From Deltaproteobacteria bacterium UBA5329 (GTDB lineage: Bacteria; Desulfobacterota; Syntrophorhabdia; Syntrophorhabdales; Syntrophorhabdaceae), in contig DHQV01000055.1 of assembly GCA_002408185.1 (NCBI GenBank), positions 68,332-132,331 of the forward strand: a stretch of DNA of 64,000 nucleotides, in the 5' to 3' direction. Positions 36,472 through 45,723 of this stretch are shown piece after piece. Numbering within the stretch: position 1 is the stretch's first letter; each line of letters opens with the position of its first letter. The position numbers and the translations under genes were made by a program. The notes under the pieces are model-generated. The model ran no database searches. It was not told where the DNA came from and was given only the letters and a program-made list of their open reading frames with translations.

Positions 36472-37842
36472 ATGAACGCGCTTTATCTTGTTGCAATAGC
36501 CGTCTATATCGCTATTCTCTGGATGACAGGGGCCCTGGTGACGCGCAGGTCAGGTTCGTCCGACGCATACCTGGTCGCGTCGCGCACACTGTCGGTGCCC
36601 TTTGTCGCGGTGCTCATAGCAGGCACCTGGATCGGCGGCGTTTCTATAGTCGGCATGGCGCAGGGGTCTTTTATCCACGGCCTGTCGGCCTTGTGGTTCC
36701 AGGCAGGGATCTGGATCGCCATGTTCGTTACGGCAGCGCTTTTGACACGGGTGCTCGGCGACAAAAAAACGTATTCTATCCTCGATGTCGTGGGCGGCCT
36801 TTACGACCGTAGAACGACAAGATTGGCAGGCATGCTCCAGCTTGTCTTTTCCATCTGGATCGTTACGATGCAGATCGTGGGCGGGGGCGCCATCCTGTCG
36901 GTGCTGACGAGAGGCGCCATCTCCTATAACCAGGGAATGGCGCTTACCGCGGTCGCGTTCACCCTTTATAATGTCATGGGCGGGTTTGTCGCGACAGCGT
37001 ATACCAACCTGATCCACATCTGTGCGATCGTGTTCGGGATCTTCGTGGGGGGCATTTACGTTATTTTTTCGACCGGTGGCCTCAAGGCGATGGCGCAGTC
37101 GGGCCATTATTATACGGTCTTCGGTGACCTGGGGGCATCCCAGGCCTTGAGCTGGTGCTTCATCAACTTCACGCTCGGTGTCCTTGCCCAGCCTGTCATC
37201 AATACGGCATCGTCCGCAAAGACACCGGGCGAGGGGAAGAAAGGGATAATAATAGGGAACCTCATCGCGATACCCGTGGTCGTTATGGCGGCCCTGTGCG
37301 GAATAATAGCGAAATACCTCTTTCCCGGGATCAATTCACTCGCGGCCCTTCCGTCCCTCCTTGCGACTGTCCCTCCTTTCGTTGCCGTCTTTTTTCTTAT
37401 CAGCATGTGGGCCCCGCTCATGAGTTCGGGCTCGCCGTTCCTTATGGGGGCAACGACCCTTGCCGTAAAGGGCTACCTGGCACCCCTGTTCAGGATCGAA
37501 AGCGACAGGCGGATCCTTATTGTATCTCGCCTGACCACGCTCGCCATAGGCGGGTTGTCGCTCGTCCTCGGGTTTTTCGTCAGGGAGATCCTGCGCGAGG
37601 TCACATGGCTCGCAGTTTTCTTGAGTGCAATAGTGTATATCGTTTTCGCGGGGTGGTTCCTGCCCGGGATCAGAAGCGGCTTCGCATTTGCGGCTCTACT
37701 GGGGACGGTTGTCATCATCGTGGCTTCGTTCATTTTCAGCCTGCACAAGATCGTTCATCCGTTGTGGCCGGTAACTGCATATATTGCGATCGTGATGTTT
37801 GCGGGGCTAATTGCCCGTAAAAAAAATACGGAAAAGAAGTAA
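36472..37842 (+). CDS. Sodium:solute symporter (SSS) family transporter
   Basis: 456 aa with about 12-13 TM segments. N-terminal pattern YLVASRTLSVPFVAVLIAGTWIGGVSIVG. Confidence 0.7.
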   Translation: MNALYLVAIAVYIAILWMTGALVTRRSGSSDAYLVASRTLSVPFVAVLIAGTWIGGVSIVGMAQGSFIHGLSALWFQAGIWIAMFVTAALLTRVLGDKKTYSILDVVGGLYDRRTTRLAGMLQLVFSIWIVTMQIVGGGAILSVLTRGAISYNQGMALTAVAFTLYNVMGGFVATAYTNLIHICAIVFGIFVGGIYVIFSTGGLKAMAQSGHYYTVFGDLGASQALSWCFINFTLGVLAQPVINTASSAKTPGEGKKGIIIGNLIAIPVVVMAALCGIIAKYLFPGINSLAALPSLLATVPPFVAVFFLISMWAPLMSSGSPFLMGATTLAVKGYLAPLFRIESDRRILIVSRLTTLAIGGLSLVLGFFVREILREVTWLAVFLSAIVYIVFAGWFLPGIRSGFAFAALLGTVVIIVASFIFSLHKIVHPLWPVTAYIAIVMFAGLIARKKNTEKK

Positions 37843-37937
37843 AGTACTTGTGCAGTTTCCTGCGCTGTGGTAAGAAAGACTCAAATTCAACATCAACCCA
37901 AGCAGAAACAAAAAATTTACGGGAATAAGGAGGCTCT

Positions 37938-38525
37938 ATGAATCTGGTAGAACGGGTGAAAAACATCATGTTGAGGCCATCCCAAACATGGGCGGTCGTG
38001 AAAGACGAAGAGACCACCATCAGAGAGCTTTTTGTGTCGTACGCAGCTATTCTTGCGATAATCCCCGCGGCGTCGGCTTTTATCGGCATGTCCCTCATAG
38101 GCACCTCCATGATGGGAATTCATTTCCGTATCCCCTTCGTGTCGGGCCTTGTCCATATGATCCTGTCGTATATCCTGAGCCTGGTAGGGGTCTACGTCGT
38201 GGCGTTTATTATCGACGCTCTGGCACCTTCGTTCAATTCTCGCAAGGATATACTGTCGGCAGCGAAGGTCGCGGTGTTCTCGTTTACCCCAGCCTGGGTC
38301 GCCGGCATTTTCATGATCATCCCGATGCTCGGGATTCTCACCGTCCTTGCGTCATTGTACGGCCTTTATATTCTCTACGTCGGCCTGCCCGTGCTCATGG
38401 ATACGCCAAGGGAGAAGACCCTCGGTTATTTCGTGGTCATTATCATAGTCAGCATCGTGGTGTCGATCATCATCAATGTCCTTGCCCGCCTTGCGCTTCC
38501 ATCCGGTCCGATGATGATGCCCTAG
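37938..38525 (+). CDS. Yip1-domain membrane protein
   Basis: 195 aa, five TM segments after a short soluble N-terminus (RPSQTWAVVKDEETTIRELF). Typical of bacterial Yip1/DUF1282 proteins. Confidence 0.6.
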   Translation: MNLVERVKNIMLRPSQTWAVVKDEETTIRELFVSYAAILAIIPAASAFIGMSLIGTSMMGIHFRIPFVSGLVHMILSYILSLVGVYVVAFIIDALAPSFNSRKDILSAAKVAVFSFTPAWVAGIFMIIPMLGILTVLASLYGLYILYVGLPVLMDTPREKTLGYFVVIIIVSIVVSIIINVLARLALPSGPMMMP

Positions 38526-38548
38526 AATCAGGTTCTAAGTTCCAGGTT

Positions 38549-38589
38549 ATAGGTAATGGGCATACATCACGCCCATTACCTATAATTTT
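38549..38589 (+). terminator. Hairpin terminator after the Yip1 gene
   Basis: 13-bp perfect stem ATAGGTAATGGGC/GCCCATTACCTAT with a 9-nt loop, followed by AATTTT. Confidence 0.55.
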
Positions 38590-38677
38590 GATGTGCAGCC
38601 CGGTTTTATTGCACTTTTGGCTGCGGTGCGTTATTATAAGTTGTTTTTATTGATCCATACGCACGGCGTTTATTTCC

Positions 38678-40534
38678 ATGCTTATCGTAAATAATCTTTC
38701 CAAGGCCTACGGAGCCCAGGTGCTATTCAGTGAAGCGAGCTTCACTGTCGGCAGCGGGGAGCGCCTGGGGTTTGTGGGGCGCAACGGTACAGGGAAGACA
38801 ACCCTTTTCAGGATGATACTGGGCGAGGAGATGCCGGATTCCGGCGAGATAATTATCCCCAGGGGGTATTCGATCCGCCACCTGTCCCAGCATATATCGT
38901 TCAGCAAAGGCTCGGTGCTGGCGGAGGCCTCAGTCGGCCTTCCGGTCCGTGATGACGGCCGCGATGAGTCGTACAAGGCGAAGGCCGTTCTCGCAGGGCT
39001 TGGTTTCACCGAGGGAGACCTCCATAGTGATCCGCGAAAATTGAGCGGAGGCTTCCAGGTCCGGCTTAACCTCGCGAGGATATTGATCTCCGAGCCGAGG
39101 ATGCTTCTTCTTGACGAACCGACAAATTACCTGGACATCTTGTCTATCCGGTGGCTTGTCCAGTTCCTCAAGGGCTGGAAAGGCGAGATGATCCTTATCA
39201 CGCACGATCGCGACTTCATGGATTCGGTAACAACACACACGATGGCCATCCATCGCATGAAAATGCGCAAGATCCCCGGCTCGACGCATAAATTGTACGA
39301 GCAGATAATCGAGGAAGAAGAGGTCTACGAGCAGACACGGATAAACGAAGAAAAGAGGCGCAAGGAGGCAGAACTTTTCATCAACCGGTTCCGGGCACAG
39401 GCCACCCGGGCGCGCGCAGTTCAGTCGCGGATACGTCAGCTCCAGAAAAAAGAAAAGCTGGAAAAGCTTTCAACACTGGAAAACCTCGAGTTCTCTTTCA
39501 ACCTGGCACCATTTCCCGGGCGATGGCTCCTTGAGACCGAGAGGGTAAATTTTTCATATGACCGTCAAGGCCCCGACCTCATCCAGGACCTTACGGTCGC
39601 CATAAAAAAACGCGACCGCATCGGGATTATCGGCAAGAACGGCAAAGGCAAGACGACACTTCTCAATCTTCTGGCCGGAGAACTGAAACCCACTGCCGGC
39701 ACGATCACGTATAGCCAGAACCTCAAAATGGGCTATTTCGGACAGATGAATGTCGACCGCCTCGATCCGAACATAACGATCGAGGATGAAATATGGAGCG
39801 TCGAGCCGTCGCGCAGTAAAACCGCGGTTAGGGGCATATGCGGGGCGATGATGTTCGATGGCGACAGGGCATTGAAAAAGATAGGGGTGCTGTCGGGGGG
39901 CGAGAGAAGCCGCGTCCTTCTCGGCAAGATCATCGCCGAGCCCGCGAACCTTCTGCTCCTCGATGAGCCGACCAACCATCTCGATATGGAGTCGATAGAT
40001 TCGCTGGTTGAAGCCATAGACAATTTTGACGGTGCAGTTGTCATTGTGACCCATAGCGAGATGGTGCTCGATGCAGTGGCCGAGAGACTCATCGTGTTCG
40101 ACGGGAACAGGACTGATGTCTTTGAAGGGAACTATGAAGATTTCCTCGCCCGGGTCGGCTGGGAGGACGAGGCCGAGAACGGTCCGGACAGGGCCCCGGC
40201 AGATGAGGCCCCGGCCAAAAGCACACTGAAAAAGGAATCCAAAAGGCTCCGGGCCGATATTATCAATGAACGGTCCCGGTCATTATCGCCCTTGAAAAAC
40301 CGTATAAACGAAATTGAATCGGCAATAACGTCTGCAGAAAGACAGCTCGCCCGCGACAACGAATCGCTCGTCGCCGCATCCCGGCAGGGTGACGGAAAGG
40401 CGATCATGAGCCTTTCAATGTCTATTCATGATGCGAAAAGGAATATCGACGGTCTTTTTGACGAACTTGAAGTTATTACCGTAGAGCACGATGCGCTCGC
40501 ACGCGAATTCGAGGAAAAACTGAGGAATATTTGA
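38678..40534 (+). CDS. ABC-F family ATPase (Uup/YheS-like)
   Basis: Two ABC cassettes without TM domains (GRNGTGKTT/LSGGFQVR and GKNGKGKTT/LSGGERSR), an inter-domain linker and a C-terminal coiled coil. Confidence 0.9.
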   Translation: MLIVNNLSKAYGAQVLFSEASFTVGSGERLGFVGRNGTGKTTLFRMILGEEMPDSGEIIIPRGYSIRHLSQHISFSKGSVLAEASVGLPVRDDGRDESYKAKAVLAGLGFTEGDLHSDPRKLSGGFQVRLNLARILISEPRMLLLDEPTNYLDILSIRWLVQFLKGWKGEMILITHDRDFMDSVTTHTMAIHRMKMRKIPGSTHKLYEQIIEEEEVYEQTRINEEKRRKEAELFINRFRAQATRARAVQSRIRQLQKKEKLEKLSTLENLEFSFNLAPFPGRWLLETERVNFSYDRQGPDLIQDLTVAIKKRDRIGIIGKNGKGKTTLLNLLAGELKPTAGTITYSQNLKMGYFGQMNVDRLDPNITIEDEIWSVEPSRSKTAVRGICGAMMFDGDRALKKIGVLSGGERSRVLLGKIIAEPANLLLLDEPTNHLDMESIDSLVEAIDNFDGAVVIVTHSEMVLDAVAERLIVFDGNRTDVFEGNYEDFLARVGWEDEAENGPDRAPADEAPAKSTLKKESKRLRADIINERSRSLSPLKNRINEIESAITSAERQLARDNESLVAASRQGDGKAIMSLSMSIHDAKRNIDGLFDELEVITVEHDALAREFEEKLRNI

Positions 40535-40626
40535 CATTCATACCACCCCATAATTCCGATGAAGATGTTGTGTCGCAATTCCCAATCCTGTCATCCAGAG
40601 CCATTTATTGCGCTTTGGACGCAACT

Positions 40627-40664
40627 CACCATCGTCATCCCGGCGCTTGACGACCACGGGGAAT
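40627..40664. repeat. GC-rich REP-like element
   Basis: CACCATCGTCATCCCGGCGCTTGACGACCACGGGGAAT lies between convergent genes. Shares its core with 16777-16802 and 25556-25585. Confidence 0.5.
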
Positions 40665-41807
40665 TTAAAAGAGTATCTTCGCTATAGCGTTCTTCTGCAT
40701 ATGTCCGGTTCCTTCGTAGATCGATGTGATGCGGATATCGCGAAGGGCCCCCTCAATTCCCTGATCGCGCATGTAGCCGTAACCGCCGAGGATATCGATT
40801 GTCCTGTTCAGGATATCTATCGCGTTCTGCGGAACGGTCAGTTTGACCATTGAGGAATATTTTTTTGATTCGGGGTCTTTTAGATCGTAGAGCCAGGCGG
40901 TCTTATATAAAAGGCTCCGGCATTTTTCGATCTCGACGTACATATCGACGAGATCGTGTTCGATCGATTGGAATTTAATAATGGGCCGTCCGAACTGGTT
41001 CCTCTTTTTGGCGTGCTTTACGGCCCGTTCGTAGCCGTACAGCATTGCGCCTAAAGCCTGCGCCGCGATAACGATCCTGCCGAGCTCAAATCCATCCAGG
41101 ACCATCTTGAGCCCTTTGCCACGCTGCCCGAGGACATTGTCCTTCGGTATCCGGAGATCGTAAAAGACAAGCTCTCCCGATGTTGTGGTGTTAATACCCA
41201 TCTTCCGCCCAAGGTCATTGATCTCGAAATGTCCGGGAGCATTCGATTCCATGACATCTTTATCGATGATTATGAGCGAGAGCCCGCCCCCGTCACGCCC
41301 CAGCAGCGTATAAAAGTCGGCGTAACCCGCATTCGTTGTAAAAACTTTGGAACCGTTCACCAGGTAGTGATCATCTTTTTCATCCATCCTGGTCTTTGCG
41401 GACCCGAGATCGCTGCCGCTGTCGGGTTCGGTTACGCTTATTGCCGACACATATCTGCCCTCGACGACGGGACGGATGTATTTCTCACGCTGGACATCGT
41501 TTCCGTAAACATCGACCACGAATCCGGGAATGTACCCGAGGCTCAGCGCCATACCCATTCCCGGTAAATTCCGGCACAGTTCCGTGACGGTCACCACGTG
41601 CCCCATGGCACCGTACCCTGAACCGCCGACATCTTCCGAAAATCCGGCCCCTATGATCCCGAGATCCCCGATCTTCCTGTAGAGTTCCCTTGGATAGGCA
41701 TGCCGGTCCTCGAGTTCGTGGAGATGTTCCTGCTCCATCTCTTTCGCGCAGAACTCACGCACCGCCGCCTCGATATCCTTCAGATCGTTCGTAAGATATG
41801 GGTCCAT
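40665..41807 (-). CDS. Acyl-CoA dehydrogenase
   Basis: ACAD N, middle and C domains (ISVTEPDSGSDL, IYEGT). ATG at 41807. The track start at 41825 is a TTG. Confidence 0.9.
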   Translation of the reverse strand: MDPYLTNDLKDIEAAVREFCAKEMEQEHLHELEDRHAYPRELYRKIGDLGIIGAGFSEDVGGSGYGAMGHVVTVTELCRNLPGMGMALSLGYIPGFVVDVYGNDVQREKYIRPVVEGRYVSAISVTEPDSGSDLGSAKTRMDEKDDHYLVNGSKVFTTNAGYADFYTLLGRDGGGLSLIIIDKDVMESNAPGHFEINDLGRKMGINTTTSGELVFYDLRIPKDNVLGQRGKGLKMVLDGFELGRIVIAAQALGAMLYGYERAVKHAKKRNQFGRPIIKFQSIEHDLVDMYVEIEKCRSLLYKTAWLYDLKDPESKKYSSMVKLTVPQNAIDILNRTIDILGGYGYMRDQGIEGALRDIRITSIYEGTGHMQKNAIAKILF

Positions 41808-41845
41808 ACCAATATTGTTGCCCAAGTCTGGGGATAATACAATAG

Positions 41846-41877
41846 GGTTCTATGTTCTATGCTCCAGGTTAAAAAAT
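41846..41877 (-). repeat. Copy B of the 32-nt intergenic element
   Basis: GGTTCTATGTTCTATGCTCCAGGTTAAAAAAT. See 12460-12491. Confidence 0.6.
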
Positions 41878-41973
41878 GAATAATTTCCGGACGACAATCA
41901 AGATTGTGCTATATTTTGTATATGGGAGTCAGGGTTTCTAAGTCCAGAACCCAGAACCACCTCCGGAGGAAAT

Positions 41974-42561
41974 ATGCCCCTTGCTTTCCAATCGTTGAGC
42001 CACGGACAGGTAGCATTCGGCTTCTTTAATATCGAAACGGATATGCTGCTCCTGGAGGTACATTTTTTCTTTGCCGATGATTTCGCGCGGGCCGTGAGGA
42101 TGCTCGCGGAAAATGCCGGGGACGGTCCGTCAACGGTTCGTCTCGACGCGTATACCCTTGCGGCCCATCGTATCGGCAACCTTATGGGTTCCATACAGGG
42201 AACAGACTTTAGCGGGTTCATCGGGGAGGTTTACAGGCGCTACCCGTTCCCCAGGGGAGAGGAAAAATTCTGCCAGCAGCCCGAAGGGCCCCGCACGCGG
42301 GGGGTCATTGAAGGCCTGATCACGAAGTACGCAGGACGAAAGCCCATCGGCATCACGTTCCATCCCGCAGACGATGCCGTGGATATCGGCGGCTATGCCT
42401 TCGACAGGAACGAGTTCCTGCGGCTCATTCTTTATGTCTGGGTCGGAGGGTACCCCCGGTGGCGCGACGGGATCCGGCCGGGGTACGTCATGGACATGAG
42501 GCGGGCGATCGAAAGTTCGTCGAATGCCCTCTTCGCCGGGTTGGATTTTGAGACGGGATAA
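41974..42561 (+). CDS. Hypothetical protein with no recognisable domain
   Basis: 195-aa ORF with a GGAGGA RBS and coding-like composition. No motif I can name. Confidence 0.55.
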   Translation: MPLAFQSLSHGQVAFGFFNIETDMLLLEVHFFFADDFARAVRMLAENAGDGPSTVRLDAYTLAAHRIGNLMGSIQGTDFSGFIGEVYRRYPFPRGEEKFCQQPEGPRTRGVIEGLITKYAGRKPIGITFHPADDAVDIGGYAFDRNEFLRLILYVWVGGYPRWRDGIRPGYVMDMRRAIESSSNALFAGLDFETG

Positions 42562-42629
42562 AGAGAAAAGACAGGCCCTTTTATCTGTTTACTGTTTACT
42601 GTTCGCTTTTTTAACCTTACAATAGGGTC

Positions 42630-42821
42630 ATGGAAGACAAGAAAAGCAAAGAAGAACGATATAATGAAGCGCGCATACTGCACAAGTCGCTGGATGAAAA
42701 ACTTCAGATGCTGCAGGCCAGGCCTTACCTGACCGAGGATGAAGAGCTGGAAATAAAGCTTCTCAAAAAAAAGAAGCTGTATTTCAAAGATATGATGGAG
42801 CAGATCAAGAACCAAGGTTGA
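42630..42821 (+). CDS. DUF465/YdcH-like small coiled-coil protein
   Basis: 63 aa. LTEDEELEIKLLKKKKLYFKDMMEQI is typical of DUF465. Confidence 0.6.
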   Translation: MEDKKSKEERYNEARILHKSLDEKLQMLQARPYLTEDEELEIKLLKKKKLYFKDMMEQIKNQG

Positions 42822-42972
42822 CGGACCTTCCCGCGAGGGTTTTCAACCTGTCAGGCAACAGCTTAAGGGTCCTTGATCTTCCGCTGGCTTGAGTCTATAA
42901 GTCGAACCTCATCCGTGTCGGGTGTATATCTTCGTAAAGTTCCCTGTTCAAAGGATGCGTTACTGACGGCCA

Positions 42973-42992
42973 TGTCGACAGAAATGTCGACA
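42973..42992 (+). promoter_or_regulatory. Putative enhancer site: two copies of the 8-bp palindrome TGTCGACA
   Basis: TGTCGACA at 42973-42980 and 42985-42992, about 130-145 bp upstream of the sigma-54 -24 element at 43119. Confidence 0.4.
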
Positions 42993-43118
42993 TTATTCTG
43001 TCTGAAAAGAACGCCAGGGGACCGCCGGACGTGAGGGAAACGGGGACAGGATGAAAATTCCCCGTCCCGGGCCGGTCTCCGTGATAAACGGCTCACGCAA
43101 GAACGAGGGCGCTATTCA

Positions 43119-43134
43119 TGGCACGAGTATTGCT
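43119..43134 (+). promoter_or_regulatory. Sigma-54 (-24/-12) promoter
   Basis: TGGCAC-GAGTA-TTGCT is a full match to TGGCAC-N5-TTGCW. Confidence 0.65.
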
Positions 43135-43157
43135 TTCTTAATTATGCGGGAGCAGAT

Positions 43158-43283
43158 ATGCTTGAGAAAACACTTTTAAAAGAGATCATAGGCATATTAA
43201 TGGGCAGCATCTTGTACCTGAGGTTGCCCGTCCGTGAACGGTTGGACATCGTCAGGCACCTTATGCGGTTAATGGGACGATGA
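43158..43283 (+). CDS. Candidate 41-aa small ORF downstream of the sigma-54 promoter
   Basis: ATG preceded by GGGAG. Encodes MLEKTLLKEIIGILMGSILYLRLPVRERLDIVRHLMRLMGR. Too short for the ORF track and has no recognisable homology. Confidence 0.25.
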   Translation: MLEKTLLKEIIGILMGSILYLRLPVRERLDIVRHLMRLMGR

Positions 43284-43385
43284 GTACAGAGGTCGCAAGC
43301 CCGCACATGAAGGTTGTGAGATAAGGATGAAATAGGGCCCTGCCTTGTCCCAAATCATCAGACTTTTCCCAGAAAACGGGACTGC

Positions 43386-44111
43386 TCAGCTTTTCAATAA
43401 AAATGCCCGGATAGCGCTATTGACCTCTCCCGGTTTCTCGATCATGACCATATGGCCCCCACTCTCGATACAAACAAGTTCGGCCCCCGGTATGTTATCA
43501 TGCAGATATTGCGAATACCTTACAGGTGTGAAACGGTCCTCTGTGCCGCAGATGACGAGCGTAGGGACGGACACCGAATGAAGCTGTTCCATGACATTGA
43601 AACCGTCGCATGCAGTAAAATCGTTAAAAATGGCCTTTGCATCGTTTTTCATGTATTCTGTGAAGACCTTTTCTTTCAACTGTGCCGGAAAGGTTGGTGA
43701 AAAGGCGGTATCGATTATCATACGGGCCGTTTTTTCTTTATCTCTCAGGATTCCTTCCAATATTTCAGGGTAGACTTTCAGCCGCGCCCCGGTCCCGATA
43801 AGGACTATCCCCCGGGCGAGATCCGGATACCGTATGGCAAAATCGAGCGCGACGGCGCCGCCCATGGAATGTCCCGCAATAAATGCAGAGGTGATGCCAT
43901 TGTCGTCAAATGCTCCTTTGAGAGCGTCGGCGTAGCCGGCAATTGAGGCTAACGATGGGCCGCGGGATTTGCCATGGCCCGGCAGATCGACTAGGATAAC
44001 CGTATTTGTCCCTTCAAAGTACGTTATCTGAAAGGCCCATGAGAGGGTGGAACCCCCTGCGCCATGAATAAACACTATGGGTATGCCGCTCCCGTATTCT
44101 TCTATCTCCAT
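43386..44111 (-). CDS. Alpha/beta hydrolase
   Basis: HGAGGS oxyanion region, nucleophile elbow GHSMGG, C-terminal GGH. Confidence 0.85.
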   Translation of the reverse strand: MEIEEYGSGIPIVFIHGAGGSTLSWAFQITYFEGTNTVILVDLPGHGKSRGPSLASIAGYADALKGAFDDNGITSAFIAGHSMGGAVALDFAIRYPDLARGIVLIGTGARLKVYPEILEGILRDKEKTARMIIDTAFSPTFPAQLKEKVFTEYMKNDAKAIFNDFTACDGFNVMEQLHSVSVPTLVICGTEDRFTPVRYSQYLHDNIPGAELVCIESGGHMVMIEKPGEVNSAIRAFLLKS

Positions 44112-44130
44112 AGACGCATGCTCCTTACGA

Positions 44131-44817
44131 TCACAAGTAGTAGTGTTTTACCGGCTGCAAGTCATTCGAGAATTCGTATACGAGAGGTTTGCCGGTCGGA
44201 ATCTCGATCGCCGGTATCCCTTCGTCTGGTATGTTGTCGAGATGTTTCACGAGCGAACGAAGGCTGTTGCCGTGTGCGGAAACTATTATTTTCGCCCCGC
44301 GGGCAAGTATCGGCACTATCGTATTCTCCCAGTACGGCATGACGCGGATGCCGGTATCCTTCAGGCTTTCGGCAACGGGAAGCTCTTCCGGGGCCAGTGC
44401 ATCGTATCGCGGGTCATTTCCCGAGAACCGTTTATCTGTACGTTCAAGCGGAGGGGGAGGAATGTCAAAGCTTCTCCTCCAGAGCATAACCTGCTCCTTG
44501 CCGTACTTGTCGGCTGTCTCGGCTTTATTGAGGCCCTGTAATGCCCCGTAATGCCGTTCATTGAGCCTCCAGCTTTTTCGCGTAGGTATCCACATCCTGT
44601 CTATTTCCTCGAGAACGATCCACAGTGTTCTGATCGCCCTTTTCAAAACGGATGTAAATGCGACGTCGAATGTGAACCCGGCATCCTTGAGCAGCCTGCC
44701 GGCCGCCCTGGCCTCTTCAACCCCTTTTTCAGACAGGTCGACGTCCGTCCAGCCCGTAAATCTATTTTCGAGGTTCCACTCGCTTTCGCCATGACGCAAT
44801 AAGACCATTCGTAACAT
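44131..44817 (-). CDS. gpmA: 2,3-bisphosphoglycerate-dependent phosphoglycerate mutase
   Basis: [10 protein letters not shown], the RSW(R)LNERHYG region, SAHGNSLR. Confidence 0.92.
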   Translation of the reverse strand: MLRMVLLRHGESEWNLENRFTGWTDVDLSEKGVEEARAAGRLLKDAGFTFDVAFTSVLKRAIRTLWIVLEEIDRMWIPTRKSWRLNERHYGALQGLNKAETADKYGKEQVMLWRRSFDIPPPPLERTDKRFSGNDPRYDALAPEELPVAESLKDTGIRVMPYWENTIVPILARGAKIIVSAHGNSLRSLVKHLDNIPDEGIPAIEIPTGKPLVYEFSNDLQPVKHYYL

Positions 44818-44832
44818 AACAGACTCCTTTGT

Positions 44833-45723
44833 TTACAATTGATCGACCCGGTAACCTTCTTTCCGGAGAAGCTCGATAATGCCCTCATCGCCGACCATGT
44901 GACCGGCCCCGACAACGACGAATACCCGCCCACCGGACTTAAGGTAGGTCGATATCCTTTTTGTCATGTTCCGGTTCCTGTCGGTCATGATCTTTTTATA
45001 AACCATTCTGAAACGGCCATCATTTTCGATCGACCGCATGAGGATGGATTCTATACGGTCGGCGTCTCCCGTTCTCCAGGCGGCCATCAGGGCGTCGACC
45101 TGTTCCCCGATAGACCTCAGATCTTTGGTCGTATAGAGCAGGAAAGATTCCTGCTCGCTCTCGGGTAAACTCGCGAGAAGGTCGACCTGGTATTCCATAC
45201 TTTCGAGTTCAACGATCTTTTTTCGCCCCGATGCCCTGGTCAAGAAGTACTTGTCGATACCGTATTTCATGTCATAGCCGGACCGCATAAGTTCCATTGA
45301 TGACATTGTTATCCCGAGGAACCAGGGTTTGTGACGGTTAAGCACAGGTGCGGGAAGTCCCAGGCGCGCTGCTTCTTCCGCCACATATGCGTATGTGTTT
45401 CGGGTTATATGATTTGCGAGCGAGTCGTTGGGATCGTAAAAACCGGCCCGGCGAAGCATCTTGAGCGTGCCGTGCCCGACATTGTTGATGTCTGCTTCGA
45501 CCGCCAGCGTATCGGATTCGTCGAACGCCCTCTCGATAACCGTGCTTAAGGGATATGCGTCTCTCTTCATGACATGTATGGAGCCGAGGAGGTAAACGGT
45601 AGAATCATCCGCCGTTGCCCGCCAGAGAAAATGTTTTTCCGCGGCCCGGGCCGCCTGTGGTGCAAGCAGGCATATGAGGAGAAACAGCGTGATCAGTAAT
45701 GATTGATAACGGTCGTTTTTCAC
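44833..45723 (-). CDS. TraB/GumN family protein with signal peptide
   Basis: Signal peptide followed by FLWRATADDSTVYLLGSIHV and C-terminal VVGAGHMVG. GTG start overlaps the upstream stop (GTGA). Confidence 0.75.
   Translation of the reverse strand: MKNDRYQSLLITLFLLICLLAPQAARAAEKHFLWRATADDSTVYLLGSIHVMKRDAYPLSTVIERAFDESDTLAVEADINNVGHGTLKMLRRAGFYDPNDSLANHITRNTYAYVAEEAARLGLPAPVLNRHKPWFLGITMSSMELMRSGYDMKYGIDKYFLTRASGRKKIVELESMEYQVDLLASLPESEQESFLLYTTKDLRSIGEQVDALMAAWRTGDADRIESILMRSIENDGRFRMVYKKIMTDRNRNMTKRISTYLKSGGRVFVVVGAGHMVGDEGIIELLRKEGYRVDQL

Noticed and set aside
42863-43096. The minus-strand 77-aa ORF in the gene-poor stretch after the DUF465 gene.
   Set aside because: It has an Arg/Ser/Pro-rich, low-complexity translation and no RBS. 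It overlaps the palindrome pair and the promoter-proximal region of the plus-strand sigma-54 element.
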